From a virus (taxonomy: Duplodnaviria; Caudoviricetes): DNA of 64,000 nt. Positions 39,301-47,554 of this stretch are shown here, one piece after another. Location of the stretch: the IMG/VR virus record IMGVR_UViG_2718218211_000001, positions 1 to 64,000 of that record. One strand, given 5' to 3'. Under the pieces are notes generated by a model. The model did no database searches. It saw only the letters and a program-made list of their open reading frames with translations, and was not told where the DNA came from. The position numbers were made by a program, and so were the translations under genes. The first letter of the stretch is position 1; each line of letters opens with the position of its first letter.

Positions 39301-39572
39301 TCAATGGGCAGGTATTTATCAGCGATGCGTTTATTCAGAATGGCAGTATTACCAATGCCAAAATTGGTAATTTTATCCAGTCGAATAACTTTGTTGCGGG
39401 TTCAGCAGGCTGGCGCATTGATAAAAATGGAAACGCTGAATTACATGGCAAACTTTACGCTGACAGTGGCCAGTTTGCCTTTAACGGTGAAAACAACACG
39501 GTTGTTATAAATGGCAGTGGCGTCACGGTAAATCTACCGGGTGGCGGGCGCGTTGTCGTCGGGAGGTGGTGA
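36369..39572 (+). CDS. Central tail tip / host specificity protein J
   Basis: WTDNPAWIFYD, FN3 repeats, ITNAKIG C-terminus. Confidence 0.93.
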   Translation: MALATTIKGRKGGSSSSRTPTEQPDDLQSVAKAKILVALGEGEFAGQLTGKDIYLDGTALENADGSQNFSGVVWEFRSGTQAQNYIQGIPGTENEINVGSEVSSATAWTRTFTNSQLSAVRLRLKWPSLFKQEDNGDLVGYSVNYAIDLQTDGGTWLTVLNTSVTGKTTSGYERSHRIDLPQAGSTWTIRLRKITADANSAKIGDKMTLQSFTEVIDAKLRYPNTALLYIEFDSSQFNGSIPQISCEPKMRVIRVPDNYDPETRTYSGTWQGAFKWAWTDNPAWIFYDLVITDRFGLGNRLSAANIDKWTLYQVSQYCDQPVPDGKGGSGTEPRYTCNVYVQDRNDAYTVLRDFAAIFRGMTYWGGDQIVALADMPRDVDYAYTRANVIDGRFTYSSSTSKTRYTTALVSWSDPGNAYADAMEPVFEQPLVARYGFNQLEMTAIGCTRQSEANRKGRWGILTNNKDRVVSFDVGLDGNIPQPGYIIAVSDELLSGKVMGGRISAVNGRVIKLDRVADAAAGDRLILNLPSGASQSRTIQAVNGESVTVTTAYSETPQAEAVWVVESDELYAQQYRVVSVSDNNDGTFSIAGAWHDPDKYARIDTGAIIDQRPVSVIPPGNQSPPANIVISSFSVVQQNISVETMRVSWDQAQNAIAYEAQWRRNDGNWVNVPRSSTTSFDVSGIYAGRYLVRVRAINASEISSGWGYSEEKTLTGKVGNPPKPVGFATTPINWGIRLNWGFPANTGDTLKTEIQYTANSDFSNPLLLSDVPYPSAEYTQLGLKAGQEFWYRAQLVDRTGNESGWTDWVRGESNANADDYLGDIADDFLTSADGDRLTSDIDTNLEAALQNALANHGTVEHQWAQYGEVRADILVVKTTIAQVDKAMAEMSTQVQAQFNDVTAALEDKLTAVVDATGASAIYTLKTGVRINGVMYNAGMSIAVLAEAGKPVVTRVGFNANQFVLMSGSGNTQYSPFAVINGQVFISDAFIQNGSITNAKIGNFIQSNNFVAGSAGWRIDKNGNAELHGKLYADSGQFAFNGENNTVVINGSGVTVNLPGGGRVVVGRW

Positions 39573-39573
39573 T

Positions 39574-40533
39574 ATGCCGGAAGGAATATTGATAGATTAT
39601 AATGATGGTCGGCCTGCGATGGCGATTACGGCTGGGCTCCGTGCCCCGTCATTTTGCACAAGTTTTGCTGGTTACGGTACGGGGGCAAACCAGTTTCAGG
39701 TTAATACTCCATTAACATCAGGATCCACAGTTTTTGTTTTACCAACACGTCCGGTTGATATTCAGGAGTTCGTAGACAATCAGACATGGATAGTTTTACC
39801 GATATATATGACATCAGTAACCAGAAATGGTGATAGTGGAGTCACTATTAACGGAACTAACAAGGGAAATTACCAAAGAATACCAAACTGGGCAGGAACT
39901 GTATTTGAAATACTCCCGGCAGCCACCTATAACGAAGGACTTCTGGTTTCTGATTCCACTGACTTCACAGCAATTTCAAACCGCGCCAGCCTGATGACAT
40001 GTGCATATTCCGGAACAGTTACAGTCAATGACTCGATGGCGCTTCCTGTGTCTGGTATACCATTCGGGAAGTGGAATAATAATAATGTATCAGTAGGTTT
40101 TGACGGAGCAAATCTCATTGTCAGAGATATCAATTATTCCGGACGAGATGATGTTGCGGCATCGGTAACAATGGAACTCGTTATATTTAATAACACGGCA
40201 CCAGTAGCAGGTGATGGCATTACTATGATCAATCCATCAGGACAGGTTACGTTCTCTACAGTGAAGCGCCCATTTGTATATGACCAGCAACTAACGGTAA
40301 CAGACAATAATCAATACATAGGTGATAAATATTGTCAGATAGTATTCACTGGCGCACAGTCAAGACGAGTGGATGGATATTTTAATATAAGGAAAAAAGG
40401 CGTGGTAATGTCAGGTGGAAACATCCGTTCAGCGTATAACCAGGTTGTTGGTAATTATAATGATAACAGATTTGATATGTCATTTAATCAAAATATCAAT
40501 ATGCCAATTCTTGTCCTTCCGGATATGTATTGA
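39574..40533 (+). CDS. Tail tip accessory protein (DUF6453-like)
   Basis: MPEGILIDYNDGRP following J. Confidence 0.7.
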   Translation: MPEGILIDYNDGRPAMAITAGLRAPSFCTSFAGYGTGANQFQVNTPLTSGSTVFVLPTRPVDIQEFVDNQTWIVLPIYMTSVTRNGDSGVTINGTNKGNYQRIPNWAGTVFEILPAATYNEGLLVSDSTDFTAISNRASLMTCAYSGTVTVNDSMALPVSGIPFGKWNNNNVSVGFDGANLIVRDINYSGRDDVAASVTMELVIFNNTAPVAGDGITMINPSGQVTFSTVKRPFVYDQQLTVTDNNQYIGDKYCQIVFTGAQSRRVDGYFNIRKKGVVMSGGNIRSAYNQVVGNYNDNRFDMSFNQNINMPILVLPDMY

Positions 40534-40543
40534 GGAAATATTC

Positions 40544-41725
40544 ATGTCAGCAGGAACCTTAACCCTTAACAATAACTCAGCCTCGGTTGCCGGAACTGAC
40601 ACCACTTTCACCACTGAGTTAGCAGCAGGTGATTTTATTGTGGTTGTCGTGGGTGGTGTGCCTTACACACTTCCTGTGCTGGAAGTTAACAGCAATACAC
40701 GACTGACACTGGTCAGTAATTACACAGGACCGCGAGCGACAGGAGCCGCATGGTCTTCCGTTCCCCGCGTGGCATTAAATATGGTTACTGCCGCGTTGGT
40801 AGCACAAAGTGCCGAGGCGCTACGTGGTCTGAATTATGACAAGCAAAACTGGCAGCAGTTTTTCAGTGCTGACGGTGATGTAACGATCACACTGCCTGAC
40901 ACCAGTCAGACGACAGGTCCATCAGCGAAAAAGTTAATTAGTAGTGTGGCCAATAAAGCAGATAAGGTTAATGGCGTTGTTCCGAAAGAGCAGGGCGGTA
41001 CCGGACTTTCTCAACCATTTGGCGATAAAGCGGGACAATTTTGCCAGGGCAATGACTCCCGGCTCAATTCTGTTAATGGAAAGGCTGGGGGAAAAATAAC
41101 ATCAACGATATCAGTGATCGGAGAAAATAAGGCAGTAAAAGAGACAGCTTCTGAACCCGATAATGGTGTGACGCTTAACGGCGCGTCGGTTCTTTCCGTG
41201 CATAATATTGCCGGGGTTGACCGGGCTGTAGCGAGCATTGAGGCGCGATACCAGTGGGGGCAACCCGTCTCCGACGCATATATCAATTGCGGATTGCTCT
41301 CTGCGCAAGGAGGATGGGTCTCAGGATCATCGTATCGATTTAGTGGCAGTGGAGATGCGACCGCCCCTGGCTCCTGGGTCAATGGCGCCTCAGACGTACG
41401 CGTTAAGCTTAATGTGAAGCCCATTGAAAACCCCAAATCGACCATGCGTAAGATAACGGCGGCGACCTGGAATCTTGACATTAAGGGGCAGGAAGGCAGA
41501 TTCGGCATTGGTGTTCTTGCCAACGGTCTTTATGATGATTACCCGGAAGCATCAATAAATGTAGGCGATAAAGAATTGTCTGACGGCACGATTATAAGTG
41601 ATGTTCTTTCTGTGCAGGCTGGTGATTCTGGGGTACTGGCTGCGGTTCATCATGCAACGATACTTGAGTTGATGGATGACGTGGATGAGCTTAAAAAAAT
41701 AATTTTATCTTTAAAGTCAAAATAG
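40544..41725 (+). CDS. Tail fibre with C-terminal intramolecular chaperone
   Basis: MSAGTLTL N-terminus; SDVRVKLNVKPI S74-like autocleavage motif. Confidence 0.82.
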   Translation: MSAGTLTLNNNSASVAGTDTTFTTELAAGDFIVVVVGGVPYTLPVLEVNSNTRLTLVSNYTGPRATGAAWSSVPRVALNMVTAALVAQSAEALRGLNYDKQNWQQFFSADGDVTITLPDTSQTTGPSAKKLISSVANKADKVNGVVPKEQGGTGLSQPFGDKAGQFCQGNDSRLNSVNGKAGGKITSTISVIGENKAVKETASEPDNGVTLNGASVLSVHNIAGVDRAVASIEARYQWGQPVSDAYINCGLLSAQGGWVSGSSYRFSGSGDATAPGSWVNGASDVRVKLNVKPIENPKSTMRKITAATWNLDIKGQEGRFGIGVLANGLYDDYPEASINVGDKELSDGTIISDVLSVQAGDSGVLAAVHHATILELMDDVDELKKIILSLKSK

Positions 41726-41948
41726 CAATTATCAGCCACATTGAGGCTATCAATTTAAACATTGAAGAAACAAATTACTTAACTTCAGGCCAGAAGAGTG
41801 TGATGCCTTTCTTGTGATATGAATTGCCGCAACCACACCGTATGCAAGAGCATGATTGCGGCCGACTGGCGAACGTTCGATAGTGCGAGTATTGAATGAT
41901 TGCCAGTCACGGCGGATTGTACTTAAGCAATATTACGGTTCAAGGCGT

Positions 41949-42191
41949 TTAATCTGAAACCAGCCACATATCAGCCTCTTCAAACATTTCCTGAACAGTA
42001 CGGCTTATCTGTTCCTTCTCGTGCTTGCTGGCGTCAGTGTTGATCGCCGGCAATGTCATCATCGGTTTAACCCGGACATCAGCGTCGGGGAAAATCCGGT
42101 GAACCCTCCTGGTCAATTCGCCCAGAATGATATCTTTTGCACCGGGCAGACCATCAAAATTCCTTTTGTCATAAACGAGTTCCACGAACAT
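41949..42191 (-). CDS. DinI-family protein
   Basis: MFVELVYDKRN...EMFEEADMW; SOS box upstream. Confidence 0.85.
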   Translation of the reverse strand: MFVELVYDKRNFDGLPGAKDIILGELTRRVHRIFPDADVRVKPMMTLPAINTDASKHEKEQISRTVQEMFEEADMWLVSD

Positions 42192-42208
42192 TGCTTATCG
42201 CCTCTTTG

Positions 42209-42248
42209 CTGGATATATATACAGTATTTATACTGTGTTTTTATCCGG
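42209..42248. promoter_or_regulatory. LexA boxes of a divergent SOS promoter
   Basis: CTGGATATATATACAG (42209) and degenerate CTGTGTTTTTATCCGG (42233). Confidence 0.8.
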
Positions 42249-42266
42249 TATTCAAGAGAGGGCGTA

Positions 42267-42509
42267 ATGATGCCACGACGCAGCGATATTGAAATAGCCT
42301 GGTATGCTTCGATACAGCAGGAACCAAATGGCCGGAAGACCGTCACCACACAGCGGTTTGTCCAAGAACTGAGCAAGGTTAACTGGAACTGGACAATGAA
42401 GCAGGCCAACGAATGGATCGAGTGGTATGTGACAACCTTCCGCGATGTATCAACGCAGGAAGGCGAGAACCGTACCTTTCAGCTGTTCAATCCAAATGGA
42501 GGACTGTAA
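42267..42509 (+). CDS. Small SOS-operon hypothetical protein
   Basis: RBS plus MPRRSDIE..., coupled to the umuD-like gene. Confidence 0.7.
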   Translation: MMPRRSDIEIAWYASIQQEPNGRKTVTTQRFVQELSKVNWNWTMKQANEWIEWYVTTFRDVSTQEGENRTFQLFNPNGGL

Positions 42510-42511
42510 CC

Positions 42512-42901
42512 ATGGGCTTCCCTTCACCTGCGGCAGATTATGTTGAAGCACGAATTTCCCTCGATCAGCAGCTAATCAGCCAGCCAGCAGCGACTTATTT
42601 CATGCGGGCATCGCGTTCACATTTCAGGGAAGGGATAATCCAGGGGGCGCTGCTTGTTGTTGATGCGTCACTTTCTCCCTGTGATGGCTCGCTGCTGATA
42701 TGCGCGATAGACGGGGAATTCAGGATCAAGCGATATCGGACTCATCCTCAGCCCCACCTGGTTAATCTGGAGAACGGGAGAAGGGAGGCGCTGCCAGCAG
42801 ATTATGACGGTTACAGTTCTGCGCCCGCTATATTCGGAGTGATCACGTACATCATTAATGATGCCAGGAACGCGGAGTTTGATGACTGCCCGGTGATGTG
42901 A
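42512..42901 (+). CDS. UmuD'-like S24 protein (starts at the cleavage site)
   Basis: MGFPSPAADY, ALLVVD, DGEFRIKR. Confidence 0.8.
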   Translation: MGFPSPAADYVEARISLDQQLISQPAATYFMRASRSHFREGIIQGALLVVDASLSPCDGSLLICAIDGEFRIKRYRTHPQPHLVNLENGRREALPADYDGYSSAPAIFGVITYIINDARNAEFDDCPVM

Positions 42902-42992
42902 ATAGTTGAAACTTTGCGGTAAAGTCGATGTTTTGAGTCGGGGTTTTTCCCCAATTATTCCCCGTTGCTTCCCCGTTCAGAAAACAGGCATA

Positions 42993-43021
42993 AAAAAACC
43001 AGCCGTAACAGGCTGGTTCTT
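42993..43021 (-). terminator. Terminator downstream of the tRNA-Pro fragment
   Basis: AACCAGCC-gtaac-aGGCTGGTT with an A run. Confidence 0.7.
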
Positions 43022-43031
43022 CGAGGATTTT

Positions 43032-43076
43032 TGGTCGGCACGAGAGGATTTGAACCTCCGACCCCCGACACCCCAT
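43032..43076 (-). repeat. 3' half of tRNA-Pro(GGG); relic att site, not a full tRNA
   Basis: Reverse complement ATGGGGTGTCGGGGGTCGGAGGTTCAAATCCTCTCGTGCCGACCA; 5' half absent. Confidence 0.85.
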
Positions 43077-43088
43077 ATTTGCGATAAG

Positions 43089-44294
43089 TTAGGCCTGTAC
43101 CAACGCTTCAGTTTCTGTGAGTGAGGTTTGATAGCATTTTACTGCCTCAGCAAAGGCTTGCGCGGCATCTGCATTTGATACCATATATTCTTCAGTTACC
43201 CCTGTTTGAGAATGGAAAGTAATATTTCCATAAATGCAAATAGGGATTTGGTAGTTGTCTTTAAATCGACGGTCTGGTGAGCCATTCTTATTCGCTTTCG
43301 CCCATGTATACCCATCTATGCTTGAGTCACTAGGAATACCTTCTTCCTCATGGAATCTTCGATATTCTGAACTAATTTGTAATTCGCGTAAATCAATCAG
43401 AGCGAATGCCCCATCAGCTCGTGGTATGACTGCAACTCCAGGATAAAGCAAAATATCGTCGCCATTCACATTTTCAAACCGCATCGCGCGCCCTGTGAAT
43501 TGAATGAGATCCGTTGAACTGAAATCAAAGGTAACTGGATGACGATTAACAGAACGGGTTGCTAATGTTCTTTCGGCAAACTGGTCTGTAGCTTTATCTG
43601 CAGTAATATCCCATTTTTTGACACTCGATTTTAACATATCAAATGCACGGACCATCGCTGCATATGCGCGCTGTGATGTATCACTGCTCTCGAATGTTAT
43701 GGCTATTTTTGTGTTGTCTTCCCAGGATACTAGGCGAGATATCTCTACTTGGGTTAGGGGGAGTACTGTCTCAAGTTCTGCGATGCGTCGTTTGTAAAAC
43801 CAACGGAATAGACTTGATTTGCGTCGAACCAGCTCGCTCTTTTGTTTTGATTCTTCAGCAAGAGCCTCTTGTAGATCTGCTTTTATCTCTGCCCTTTGTT
43901 CTCGCGCTTTAGCAATCAAATCTCGTAAAGGTAAAAGGGAGGTGCTTGTCAGGACTTCTACCGAAGCGCTGGATATTTCATTCATGCCAGCCATTGGCAT
44001 ATATATTTTAGCGTTCGATGGTGTGTTACTTGGGGATGCCTCGGGCATTCCCAAATGAGGTTCTGTAGAGGCCGGATTTAATGGATTGGTAACTGAGCAC
44101 CCGCCATCATAGGGCAGGGTAGGTGTAGTATAAGATAAGCCTGTGCCTGGTAGTCCGACGGTCGCTCTGACCCCTTTTTTTCCAACATTGACAGTTGCGC
44201 CAGGCACGCCAATGCTTGCGCTTATTCCACGCTTGCCAATGTTGAGCCTAACGCCAGGAAACAAAGTAAAGGTTTGTCTGAAACGAAGAGACAT
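43089..44294 (-). CDS. DUF4236-domain moron protein
   Basis: LRFRQTFTLFPGVRLNIGKRGIS...GLPGTGLSY N-terminus; coiled coil; NKNGSPDRRFK. Confidence 0.8.
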   Translation of the reverse strand: MSLRFRQTFTLFPGVRLNIGKRGISASIGVPGATVNVGKKGVRATVGLPGTGLSYTTPTLPYDGGCSVTNPLNPASTEPHLGMPEASPSNTPSNAKIYMPMAGMNEISSASVEVLTSTSLLPLRDLIAKAREQRAEIKADLQEALAEESKQKSELVRRKSSLFRWFYKRRIAELETVLPLTQVEISRLVSWEDNTKIAITFESSDTSQRAYAAMVRAFDMLKSSVKKWDITADKATDQFAERTLATRSVNRHPVTFDFSSTDLIQFTGRAMRFENVNGDDILLYPGVAVIPRADGAFALIDLRELQISSEYRRFHEEEGIPSDSSIDGYTWAKANKNGSPDRRFKDNYQIPICIYGNITFHSQTGVTEEYMVSNADAAQAFAEAVKCYQTSLTETEALVQA

Positions 44295-44436
44295 AAAGTT
44301 ATCCCTATGTAGTTTTGTTCACCAAAGTTCGAAATGTTTTTATATGAACATTGCGCTGATACAAAAGCTTATCCTTTCCTTAGCTCATCTTCATACTGCC
44401 ATGATACAGCGGTTTGCTTGCTGGTGAAGAAAAACG

Positions 44437-44462
44437 AAAAAGCCCGCATAAGCGGGCTTTTA
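44437..44462. terminator. Bidirectional terminator
   Basis: AAAAGCCCGC-ataa-GCGGGCTTTT. Confidence 0.8.
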
Positions 44463-44588
44463 TGTCACTCGGGAGCCGCGGCTCCTTTGCGTATCCTTTT
44501 TTGTCCCCTCACCGTCTGGTCGGTGTCTTGCTGAGACTGCTAACTTCCTGTTATTGCTAGCGATGTCCTATCACTGTCCAATCATGAT

Positions 44589-44633
44589 TGGTGGAGCTGG
44601 CGGGAGTTGAACCCGCGTCCGAAATTCCTACAT
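44589..44633 (-). repeat. ssrA 3' fragment (45 bp); att junction shared by the two prophages
   Basis: TGGTGGAGCTGGCGGGAGTTGAACCCGCGTCCGAAATTCCTACAT. Confidence 0.92.
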
Positions 44634-44750
44634 ACCATTTTTAGTATAGTAAAAACAGTGTATTGCGTTTAAAAACAGCGAGTTAGTATTATTCAGTGTT
44701 CGTCCGTTTTACGCATTTTTAATGCCCTGCCGCCAAAATGCCGCCATAAA

Positions 44751-45776
44751 TTAGCGTTTCCAATTGAGGTTGTGAAGCGGGTTTTTTGTCACTGCGTCTT
44801 CGAGGTGGTCAGGGGCAAAGTGAGCGTAAACCATCGTCATTTTTATATCTGCGTGGCCCAGAATATCGCGCAGTACCAGTATGTTTCCGCCGTTCATCAT
44901 AAAGTGGCTGGCGAAGGTATGGCGCAGCACGTGGGTACATTGGCCTTCTGGTAGCTCAATACCAGCTCTTTTTACTGCACGCTCAAAAGCTTTTCTGCAT
45001 GGCGTGAATAGCTTTCCTCTGTTTTTGGGGAGTTCGTCATACAGATCCTGAGATATTGGCACGGTACGGTTTTTCTTGCCCTTCGTCTTGGTATAAGTGA
45101 TGCGGTATTTTGATAGCTGATGGCCCTGCAGGTTTTCAGCTTCACTCCATCGGGCGCCAGTTGCCAGGCATACTTTTGCAATCATCAGCAAACTGGGACT
45201 CTGAGAATCAGCACAGGCATCCAGTAGACGTTTAATTTCTTCCGGTGCCAGGAACGCCAGTTCGCCCTCTGCGATTTTGAATGTTGGTAGCCCAGCGAGC
45301 GGGTTGGGTGCTGACCAGTGGCCCAGCTTTTTCAGTGTGCCAAAAACAGATGATAGGTTACGTTGTTCAAGGTTTACCGTACGGGGCTTAACTGGCGACA
45401 TAAGCACGCCATCTTCATTTTTTACTTCACCTTTTAACCGTGCTTCCCTGTATTTCGTAAAATCGCCTGCGGTTAACTCTGAGGCAATGGGATCGCCCAA
45501 GCCATTACAAATAATGCTGAGTTTTGCCATCAGGCGTTTGGGGTCTGCCAGCGTCTGCCCATAAAGTGAATGCCACTGATCAATCACTTCTGACAAATGC
45601 CGCCGATCTTCCTTCTCCCCCAGCCACGGTTTTTTGTTCACCTCATCCATGGTGTGGTTTTCGAATGCTATGGCCTCGCCTTTAGTCGCAAATTGCTTGC
45701 GTACACGTTTGCCATCCCGTCCGTTCGGGTAGCATTCACACAACCATTTTCCGTTAGGTTGTTTTCTGATGCTCAT
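44751..45776 (-). CDS. int: P2/186-type integrase
   Basis: TGARWSE, HVLRHTFA, LGH...VYAH. Confidence 0.95.
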   Translation of the reverse strand: MSIRKQPNGKWLCECYPNGRDGKRVRKQFATKGEAIAFENHTMDEVNKKPWLGEKEDRRHLSEVIDQWHSLYGQTLADPKRLMAKLSIICNGLGDPIASELTAGDFTKYREARLKGEVKNEDGVLMSPVKPRTVNLEQRNLSSVFGTLKKLGHWSAPNPLAGLPTFKIAEGELAFLAPEEIKRLLDACADSQSPSLLMIAKVCLATGARWSEAENLQGHQLSKYRITYTKTKGKKNRTVPISQDLYDELPKNRGKLFTPCRKAFERAVKRAGIELPEGQCTHVLRHTFASHFMMNGGNILVLRDILGHADIKMTMVYAHFAPDHLEDAVTKNPLHNLNWKR

Positions 45777-45779
45777 AAG

Positions 45780-46412
45780 TTAGAGGCTCTTGATTACTTT
45801 GACTGCACGCCCGATAGCTTCAATGTCGTCGACCGAGCATTCAAATGATGTTTCATCTTGGTGAACTACAATTTTGTTGCCTGGAATGCGAGCGATTTTG
45901 ACGATGCTTTTAACTCCGTCCATATCGACTAACCAGAAGCCATTACTGACTTGTTTAACAGACGTATCCACAACAAAGCTATCAGTAGCTGTTTTTACAA
46001 ATAAAGAGTTGGATGAGTCACCATCGAGCAGTCTGCTATCAAGAAGAATTTCATCACTTGGCTGCAGTTCACCGTTCTTCAGTTCAACATGTTTGATGCT
46101 AGGAGCAACAATTTTAGAAAGTGGTCTTACCGTGACGGAGGTTTCGTTTTTGAGATTTCTTTCTTCGTTCTCACACGCATACATATCTCCTTGTCCCGTA
46201 GCCAGCCATAGAAGGGAAATTCCTGTTTCAAGAGCGCATTGAATTACCCATTCAGCAGGGAAACTATCCCTTAAGTATCTGTTAGCCATAGTGCTTTTTG
46301 ATACTTCCAGATGTTCGCAGAGCTGCTGTCGTGAGCTGAAATTGTAAGCCTTAATAAGCCTGTTAATCGCATCGCGCCCACCACTATCATTCCCCGCCTT
46401 GATTAAACTCAT
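45780..46412 (-). CDS. cI: 186-type CI repressor
   Basis: SKSTMANRYLRDSFPAEW...WLATG. Confidence 0.9.
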   Translation of the reverse strand: MSLIKAGNDSGGRDAINRLIKAYNFSSRQQLCEHLEVSKSTMANRYLRDSFPAEWVIQCALETGISLLWLATGQGDMYACENEERNLKNETSVTVRPLSKIVAPSIKHVELKNGELQPSDEILLDSRLLDGDSSNSLFVKTATDSFVVDTSVKQVSNGFWLVDMDGVKSIVKIARIPGNKIVVHQDETSFECSVDDIEAIGRAVKVIKSL

Positions 46413-46528
46413 AATCAAACCTCTTGACGTATATAAAAAGTGATCTTAATATCCATTCATGGTTTGAAAAGCAAAACCAAACCACATAAAACAAGATAAA
46501 ACGAACCCAAACTAAGAGATACTGCACT

Positions 46529-46768
46529 ATGAGTACTGATATTTCAATTCGTGTACCAAAAGAGATGGCAACGCCTGCTGAGTTCGCGGAGTGGGAAGGT
46601 ATCTCCCGTGGCTCTGTGTATCAAAAAATTCACCATGGTCAGCTTGCTAAGTACATGGTGAAGAAAGAAAAAAATAAAGGACGTGTAAGCCTGCGGTACC
46701 TGATGTACAAAACCGACCAGGTTCGTGAGTCTCTTGGTCATTCCAACTTCCGCGTCATTGTTGGTTAG
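46529..46768 (+). CDS. Apl/Cox-like regulator-excisionase
   Basis: Small wHTH divergent from cI. Confidence 0.8.
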   Translation: MSTDISIRVPKEMATPAEFAEWEGISRGSVYQKIHHGQLAKYMVKKEKNKGRVSLRYLMYKTDQVRESLGHSNFRVIVG

Positions 46769-46803
46769 TAAGTTCGATTATGAGAACTTTCTAAGGGGCT
46801 TGC

Positions 46804-47313
46804 ATGTTTGATTATAAGATTTCCAAACATCCACACTTTGACGAAGCCTGCCGGGTTTTCGCGCTGCGTCACAACATGGCGAAGCTGGCAGAACGCGCGG
46901 GAATGAAAGTCCAGACGCTGCGTAACAAGCTGAACCCGGAACAACCGCATCAGCTCACGCCGTCGGAGATCTGGCTGCTTACCGATCTTACTGAGGACTC
47001 TACGCTCGTTGACGGTTTTTTGGCTCAGATTCACTGCCTGCCATGCGTACCGATGAACGAAGTGGCAAAAGAGAAGCTGCCACATTATGTCATGAGCGCT
47101 ACTGCTGAAATCGGACGTATTGCTGCCGGTGCTGTATCGGGTGATGTGAAAACTACTGCAGGCCGCCGCGATGTTATCAGTAGCATCAACTCTGTTACTC
47201 GCTTAATGGCACTGGCTGCCGTTTCCATACAGGCACGTTTGCAGGCTAACCCGGCGATGGCAAGCGCGGTGGATACCGTGACGGGCCTCGGCGCTTCATT
47301 CGGTCTGATCTGA
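46804..47313 (+). CDS. cII: 186-type CII activator
   Basis: MFDYKISKHPHFDEAC, LRNKLNPEQPH. Confidence 0.9.
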   Translation: MFDYKISKHPHFDEACRVFALRHNMAKLAERAGMKVQTLRNKLNPEQPHQLTPSEIWLLTDLTEDSTLVDGFLAQIHCLPCVPMNEVAKEKLPHYVMSATAEIGRIAAGAVSGDVKTTAGRRDVISSINSVTRLMALAAVSIQARLQANPAMASAVDTVTGLGASFGLI

Positions 47314-47320
47314 GGTGGCT

Positions 47321-47554
47321 ATGCTGACTAGAGAACCATCTTTTGCATCACTTCTCGTTAAGCAAAGCCCAGCAATGCACTACGGTCACGGCTGGATTTA
47401 TTTACCTTGCGGAAAAAAGTGGCATCCATGTATTGAACTGTCTCCCCGGCAGCAGGCTGTCCGGGGAATAGGTAAAAAGAGATTGCTACAACGTCTAAGT
47501 TTTAACGTGGCAGGCATCCTGCAAACCAGGCGAAAAGCTTTTCCTGGAAGCTGA
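47321..47554 (+). CDS. Fil-like protein (DUF2724) with altered C-terminus
   Basis: EPSFASLLVKQSPAMHYGHGWI. Confidence 0.75.
   Translation: MLTREPSFASLLVKQSPAMHYGHGWIYLPCGKKWHPCIELSPRQQAVRGIGKKRLLQRLSFNVAGILQTRRKAFPGS

Larger units (their letters stand above)
2653..44623. mobile_element. Lambdoid (siphovirus) prophage integrated at the ssrA 3' end, ~42 kb
   Basis: Flanked by ssrA 3' direct repeats; full int-immunity-replication-lysis-head-tail gene order. Confidence 0.88.

Noticed and set aside
36369-41725. Diversity-generating retroelement or invertible tail-fibre cassette
   Set aside because: No reverse transcriptase, invertase or template/variable repeat pair was seen in the lambdoid prophage.
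43032-43076. Functional tRNA-Pro gene
   Set aside because: The 5' acceptor strand and D-arm are missing; it is an att fragment.
44589-44633. Intact tmRNA gene
   Set aside because: Only the last 45 nt are present, with no tag reading frame; same for the 2653 copy.
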